Positions 59,189-64,000 of a stretch of 64,000 nt of DNA are shown in pieces; the first letter of the stretch is position 1, and each line of letters starts with the position of its first letter. Source of the stretch: Desulfobaccales bacterium. GTDB lineage: Bacteria > Desulfobacterota > Desulfobaccia > Desulfobaccales > 0-14-0-80-60-11. The notes under the pieces were generated by a model. The model did not search any database. It had not been told where the DNA came from and saw only the letters and a program-made list of their open reading frames with translations. The position numbers and the translations under genes were made by a program. Where the stretch lies: NCBI GenBank assembly GCA_037481655.1, contig JBBFLF010000005.1, forward strand, positions 76,193-140,192, read 5' to 3'.

Positions 59189-60121
59189 TCAGGGTTTTCG
59201 GGTGCCGAAAAATTCCTCTAACAGGGCCAGCATCTGCTCCACTTCCCGGGGGTGGAACCACCGGATCTCCGGGTCGGCCCGAAACCAGGTGAGCTGGCGT
59301 TTGGCATAGCGGCGGGTGTCCCGTTTGATGGCCGCCACCGCCTCCTCAAACCCCACCTCACCGTGCAGGTAGGCCACCAGGTGGCGGTAGCCCAGGGCCC
59401 GAAGCGGCTTCAGGTCCGGAGGATAGCGGCTGAGGAGCCTTTTCACCTCCTCCAGCCAGCCCGCCGCCAGCATGGCCTCCACCCGGGCCTCAATCCTGGC
59501 ATAGAGCTCCTCCCGGGGCAGGGTGAGGCCGATTTTCAGCGTCTCATAGGGCCGGTCGGCGAAGCGATGGGCTGCAGCCAGCTCGCTTAAGGGCCGGCCG
59601 CTCCCCTCCACCACCTCCAGGGCCCTTAGGATGCGGTAGGTGTCCCCGGGGGGCAGGCGCCCGGCGGTGGCCGGGTCCAGCCGGCGCAGCTGCTCATACA
59701 AAGGGGCGAGCCCCCCCTCCGCCAGCTCCTCCTTGAGACGCGCCCGGATCTCCGGATACTTGCCGCCGTCGGGAAAGAGCCCCCCCAACAGGGCCTTGAT
59801 GTAGAGGCCGGTGCCCCCCACCACCAGAGGCTTGACCCCCCGCCGGATGAGCTGGGCGATCACCGCCCGGGCCTCGGTGAGGTAGCGGGCGGCGTCGTAG
59901 GGCTCATCGGGCGCCGCCACGTCAATGAGATGGTGGGGCACCACAGCCCGCTCCTCCGGGGTGGGCTTGGCGGTGCCGATGTCCAGCTCCCGGTAGACCT
60001 GGAGGGAGTCGGCGTTGATGATCTCGGCCCCCAGCTCCGGCGCCAGAGCCAGTGCCACCTGGGTCTTGCCCACCGCGGTGGGCCCGGCCAGCACCGCCAC
60101 CTTGGGTTTGGCTGCCATCAC
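59189..60121 (-). CDS. miaA: tRNA dimethylallyltransferase
   Basis: 310 aa. P-loop GPTAVGKT, INADSLQVYRELDIGTAKP and HHLID motifs. Confidence 0.9.
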   Translation of the reverse strand: MMAAKPKVAVLAGPTAVGKTQVALALAPELGAEIINADSLQVYRELDIGTAKPTPEERAVVPHHLIDVAAPDEPYDAARYLTEARAVIAQLIRRGVKPLVVGGTGLYIKALLGGLFPDGGKYPEIRARLKEELAEGGLAPLYEQLRRLDPATAGRLPPGDTYRILRALEVVEGSGRPLSELAAAHRFADRPYETLKIGLTLPREELYARIEARVEAMLAAGWLEEVKRLLSRYPPDLKPLRALGYRHLVAYLHGEVGFEEAVAAIKRDTRRYAKRQLTWFRADPEIRWFHPREVEQMLALLEEFFGTRKP

Positions 60122-61845
60122 CCCTTAGGTCGCCGGAACATCTGATGCAGCTCCGGAAGCGACAGCAGGCGCCATATGGGCCGGCCGTGAGGGCAGGTGG
60201 CGGGGCTGCCCACCTCATCCAGCTGCTTAAGGAGGCTGTGCATCTCCTCCAGGGTCAGGGTCTGGCCGGCCTTGATGGCCCCCCGGCAGGCCAGGGCCAG
60301 GCGGGCCCGCTCCCGCACCGCCTCGGGGTCGCTCCCGCTCTTGATGGGACTTATTGCCTCCACCGCCTCCAGCACCGCGGCCTCCAGGTCAGTGCCGGCC
60401 AGGCAGGCGGGCGCGGCGGTGAGCAGGAAGCTGGCGCCGCCGAAGGGGTCCAGGACCAAGCCCAGTTCCGCCAGCAGGTCCAGATTGTCCTGAACCCAGG
60501 CCGCCTGTGGGGGGCTCACCTCCACCACCCGGGGGAAGAGCAGGGCCTGGCGGGGTGATTTCACCTCCCCCAGCCGCTCATAGAGCACCCGCTCGTGGGC
60601 CGCATGCTGGTCAATGATGATGAGGCCGCCAGAAGACTGGGCCAGGAGGTAGGTCTCCGCCAGCTGGCCGATCAGGGTCAGATCCCCAAACCGCCCGCCC
60701 GGCAGCGCCGCGGCCGCAGGCCGGGGAGGCCGGGCCGGCTCCGGGAAGGGGAGGACGGTGGCGGCAAGGACGGGGGCAACCGGAGCGGCCCCGGCCTCTG
60801 CCACCCGGGAGACGGCCGCCGGCTCCCAGCTCACCTGGTAGACGGGCCTCTCGCCCGCCAGCGGCCCCAGACCCTGGCGCAGGGCGGCTAGGAGCAGGCT
60901 GTAGATGCGACCGGGCTCCCGAAAGCGCACCTCGGCCTTGGCGGGATGGACGTTGACGTCCACCTGCTCCGGCGGCAGGCGCAAAGAGACCACCGCCGCC
61001 GGGTGCCGTCCCCGGGGGAGGCGCCCCTGATACACTTCTTTGAGGACTGCCCCCAAAATGCGGTCCTGGACCACCCGGCGGTTGACCAGGAGGGTCTGGA
61101 AGCGGTTGCTGGCCACGGAGAAATCCGGCGCCGAGATCAGCCCCCGGACCCCATAAGGCCCGGCTTCCAATTCAAAGGGGATCAGATTCTGCGCCAGCTC
61201 CGGGCCGAAGAGGGCCGCCACCCGCTCCACCAGGCTCATGGCCGCCGGCGCGCTCACCAGGACCCGGACGGGGGTGGCCAGCTCAAAGTGCACCTCGGGA
61301 TACCCCAAAGCCAGTTGGCGCACCGCCTCCACGCTGGCCGCCTGCTCCGCCTCCTTGCTTTTCAGGAACTTGCGCCGGGCGGGGGTGTTGTAGAAGAGCT
61401 CCTCCACCAGCACCTGGGTGCCGGGGGCGGCGGGGGCGGGCCCCAGCTCCAGGACTTCGCCGCCCCGCACCACCAGGCGGGTACCGGCCTCGGCCTCACG
61501 CGGCCGGGAGACGAGGGTGAGGCGGGAGACCGCGGCCAGGCTGGCCAGGGCCTCGCCTCGAAAGCCCAGGGTGACGATGGCCAGCAGGTCCTCCTCCCGG
61601 CGGATCTTGCTGGTGGCGTGGCGCAAAATGGCCACAGGCAGGTCGTCGGGCTCAAGGCCGCAACCGTCGTCGGCCACCAGCACCCGGCGCCGGCCCCCCT
61701 CCTCCAGGCGGATGGAGATCTGCCGGGCCCCGGCGTCCAGGGCGTTTTCCACCAGCTCCTTGACCACCGCGGCGGGCCGGGTGATGACCTCCCCGGCGGC
61801 GATCTTGGCGGCGGTGGCCGGGTCCAGCAGTGCGATGCGTCCCAT
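60118..61845 (-). CDS. mutL: DNA mismatch repair protein MutL
   Basis: About 575 aa from MGRIALLDPATAAKIAAGEV. GHKL ATPase motifs (ELVENALDAGA, DDGCGL) and C-terminal endonuclease-type DQHAAHERVLYE. Overlaps miaA by 4 nt. Confidence 0.9.
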   Translation of the reverse strand: MGRIALLDPATAAKIAAGEVITRPAAVVKELVENALDAGARQISIRLEEGGRRRVLVADDGCGLEPDDLPVAILRHATSKIRREEDLLAIVTLGFRGEALASLAAVSRLTLVSRPREAEAGTRLVVRGGEVLELGPAPAAPGTQVLVEELFYNTPARRKFLKSKEAEQAASVEAVRQLALGYPEVHFELATPVRVLVSAPAAMSLVERVAALFGPELAQNLIPFELEAGPYGVRGLISAPDFSVASNRFQTLLVNRRVVQDRILGAVLKEVYQGRLPRGRHPAAVVSLRLPPEQVDVNVHPAKAEVRFREPGRIYSLLLAALRQGLGPLAGERPVYQVSWEPAAVSRVAEAGAAPVAPVLAATVLPFPEPARPPRPAAAALPGGRFGDLTLIGQLAETYLLAQSSGGLIIIDQHAAHERVLYERLGEVKSPRQALLFPRVVEVSPPQAAWVQDNLDLLAELGLVLDPFGGASFLLTAAPACLAGTDLEAAVLEAVEAISPIKSGSDPEAVRERARLALACRGAIKAGQTLTLEEMHSLLKQLDEVGSPATCPHGRPIWRLLSLPELHQMFRRPKG

Positions 61846-62075
61846 GGCCTCAGCTTGCCAAGCCTTGAGCTCTTGGTTTATGATGAACCCTGACGGGAGG
61901 GCTGTGATCCGGTTCTTCCTCACCGCCCCGCCGGCTGTTTCAAGAACTGGCCTTCTTCCGGTCGGCGGGGCCCTCTTCCCGGCGTGGAGCGTCAAATCCC
62001 GCGTGCTCACGTGCGTGCCCCGGCCGGGAAATGTGCCTTTTTCCAGGACTATACCACAATTCCCACGGAGGGGCC

Positions 62076-62249
62076 ATGGGCAAAAGCCAGGGGGCAGGCC
62101 TCACGCCCCGGGAGGAACAGGTCCTCAAGGTGGCCAAGGAGATCGTGGTGAAATTCATTGAAGTGGGACGCCTCTCCCCCGCCGCCTTTCCGGAGACCTT
62201 TCAGATGGTGATCGACACGGTGCGCCGTTCCCTTGAGGCCCAGGAATAA
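62076..62249 (+). CDS. Small hypothetical protein (57 aa)
   Basis: ORF from ATG with GGAGG RBS. Helical; no recognisable motif. Confidence 0.35.
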   Translation: MGKSQGAGLTPREEQVLKVAKEIVVKFIEVGRLSPAAFPETFQMVIDTVRRSLEAQE

Positions 62250-62444
62250 CGGGGCAGGAACTTTCTGGCGACTCCAAGAGTGAGAACGCGCAATTTGGGA
62301 AGAGGGGAAGCCTCCTTTTTCACCCCAAGGCCCCAAAGAGACCGGGAAGCCATTTCACCAGTCCTCCTTGGTTACCCAGGGCGTTTTTGACTGGTCGGAG
62401 TAGATAACCCCCGGCTCCGAAAAATATTAGAAAAAGGAGAAACC

Positions 62445-63182
62445 ATGCGCCGCAGCGGCGGGCGGGCGGCGGAGGCCTTGCGGCCCGTGCGCATCGAACC
62501 GGGCTACCTGGACTTTGCCGACGGCTCGGCCCTGGTGACCTGGGGGCGCACCCGGGTCCTGTGCGCCGCCTCGGTGCTGAACCAGGTGCCGCCCTTCAAG
62601 CAGTTCACCGGCGAGGGCTGGGTGACGGCGGAGTATGCCATGCTGCCGCGGTCCACCGCCACCCGCCAGCCCCGGGAAGGCCTGGCCGGGCGGCCCCGGG
62701 GCCGCTCCCAGGAGATCCAGCGCCTCATCGGCCGGGCCCTGAGGGCCGTGTGCGACCTCAAGGCCCTGGGGGAGCGCACCGTGATTTTGGACTGCGATGT
62801 GCTCCAGGCCGACGGCGGCACCCGGGCGGCGGCCATCACTGGCGCCTTTGTGGCCCTGGCCCTGGCTCTGGAACCCTTACGGCGCCGGGAGGAGTTGGAG
62901 ACCCTTCCCCTCACCGGCCAGGTGGCGGCGGTGAGCTTAGGAAGGGTAAGCGGCGCGCTTCTGCTGGACCTGGACTACGAGGAGGACTCCCAGGCGGAGG
63001 TGGATGCCACGGTGGTGGGCACCCACCGGGGCGAGCTGGTGGAGGTGCATGTGGCCGGCGAGGGGCGCACCTTCCCGCCGGAGCTTTTGCCGGAGCTCCT
63101 CCGGCTTGCCGCCCGGGGGCTGGAGCCCCTCTTTCGCCTGCAGGTGGAGGCCCTGGCGCCGTGGCTGCCCCTTCCTTGGTGA
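62445..63182 (+). CDS. rph: Ribonuclease PH
   Basis: 245 aa. GSALVTWGRTRVLCAASV, RGRSQEIQRLIGRALR and DCDVLQADGGTR motifs. Confidence 0.95.
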   Translation: MRRSGGRAAEALRPVRIEPGYLDFADGSALVTWGRTRVLCAASVLNQVPPFKQFTGEGWVTAEYAMLPRSTATRQPREGLAGRPRGRSQEIQRLIGRALRAVCDLKALGERTVILDCDVLQADGGTRAAAITGAFVALALALEPLRRREELETLPLTGQVAAVSLGRVSGALLLDLDYEEDSQAEVDATVVGTHRGELVEVHVAGEGRTFPPELLPELLRLAARGLEPLFRLQVEALAPWLPLPW

Positions 63183-63805
63183 TCGCCACCCGCAACCCCG
63201 GCAAGGTGCGGGAGCTGGCGGAGCTCCTGGCGGATCTGCCCCTGCGGCTCCTCAGCCTGGCGGATTTCCCGGAGCTCCCCGAGATTCCGGAGGAGGGGGA
63301 GACTTTCACGGACAACGCCGTGGCCAAGGCCCGGCAGGTGGCGGCCGTGACGGGGCTCCCCGCCCTGGCGGACGACTCCGGTCTGGAGGTGGCGGCCTTG
63401 GGGGGGCGCCCCGGGGTCCATTCGGCCCGTTACGCCGCGGACCTCACCGCGCCCTTGCCCCCCACCGACGAGGACAACTGGCGAAAGCTCCTTCAGGAGC
63501 TCCGCGGCGTCCCCGAAGGCGAGCGCCAGGCCCGCTTTGTCTGCGTCATCGCCCTGGCCCTGCCCGACGGCCGCCTCTTCACCACCCGGGGGGAGTGCCC
63601 GGGCCTCATCGCCACCGAACCCCGAGGGCATGAGGGCTTCGGGTATGACCCGGTCTTCTGGCTGCCGGAGTATGGGGCCACCATGGCGGAGGTGGGCCTG
63701 GAGGTGAAAAACCGCCTCAGCCACCGGGCCCGGGCCCTGGCGGAGATGAAAGAGATCCTCCGCCGCCTGGTGGCCGACGGGGCCCTCGGCAGTCCGGCGG
63801 CTTAA
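63179..63805 (+). CDS. rdgB: dITP/XTP pyrophosphatase (RdgB/HAM1 family)
   Basis: GTG start overlapping the rph stop. VIATRNPGKVRE, ADDSGLEV, GFGYDPVF and SHRARA motifs. Confidence 0.9.
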   Translation: MIATRNPGKVRELAELLADLPLRLLSLADFPELPEIPEEGETFTDNAVAKARQVAAVTGLPALADDSGLEVAALGGRPGVHSARYAADLTAPLPPTDEDNWRKLLQELRGVPEGERQARFVCVIALALPDGRLFTTRGECPGLIATEPRGHEGFGYDPVFWLPEYGATMAEVGLEVKNRLSHRARALAEMKEILRRLVADGALGSPAA

Positions 63806-63815
63806 GCCATCCTGT

Positions 63816-63893
63816 CGGGACGTAGCGCAGCCTGGTCAGCGCGCGTGCCTTGGGAGCACGAGGTCGGCGGTTCAAATCCGCCCGTCCCGACCA
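63816..63893 (+). tRNA. tRNA-Pro (TGG), CCA encoded
   Basis: 78-nt cloverleaf. Acceptor CGGGACG/CGTCCCG, anticodon loop CTTGGGA, T-loop GGCGGTTCAAATCCGCC. Confidence 0.9.
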
Positions 63894-64000
63894 TCCCTTA
63901 GCGGCCGGCCGGCTTCATGACCTCCTGGGCCCAGCTCAAGGCCGCCGACACCCGGGGAAAGCCGATGGTGCTGGTGAGGAGGATGAGGGCGTGGGTGATC

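Overview
High-GC bacterial chromosome segment, gene content consistent with an anaerobic deltaproteobacterial or Thermodesulfobacteriota-like organism (inference only). It has three parts. (1) 0.4-20 kb is core: metallophosphoesterase, asnS, a SurA-like chaperone, mfd, then a flagellar rod/ring/hook-junction cluster flgF-flgG-flgA-flgH-flgI-flgJ(rod-binding only)-flgN-like-flgK-flgL-csrA-fliW, a small secreted protein, and sufC-sufB/D. (2) 20.6-50.9 kb is accessory-looking and scarred. It holds an RND efflux operon plus a patatin lipoprotein, sitting between a decayed 5' copy and the full copy of a UPF0182 membrane-protein gene. The adaptor, pump and UPF0182 genes each carry a 1-nt homopolymer frameshift. 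After assorted transporter and periplasmic genes comes a ~10 kb integrase-less islet bounded by initiator tRNA-fMet and a diverged orphan copy of its 3' half. The islet carries a truncated Fic gene, a histidine kinase with two response regulators, an outer-membrane protein, and a DUF202 / signal-less alkyl-sulfatase / BASS transporter module flanked by paralogous OMP gene fragments. (3) 51-64 kb is core again: MFS transporter, frdCAB with a translationally coupled unknown ORF and a triple GC-hairpin element between frdA and frdB, kdsD, aroA, miaA, mutL, rph, rdgB, tRNA-Pro. I saw no CRISPR array, recognisable defence system, transposase or integrase. The most unusual signals are the nested 'gene-fragment direct repeat flanking a cassette' architecture and the GC-palindromic repeat family.
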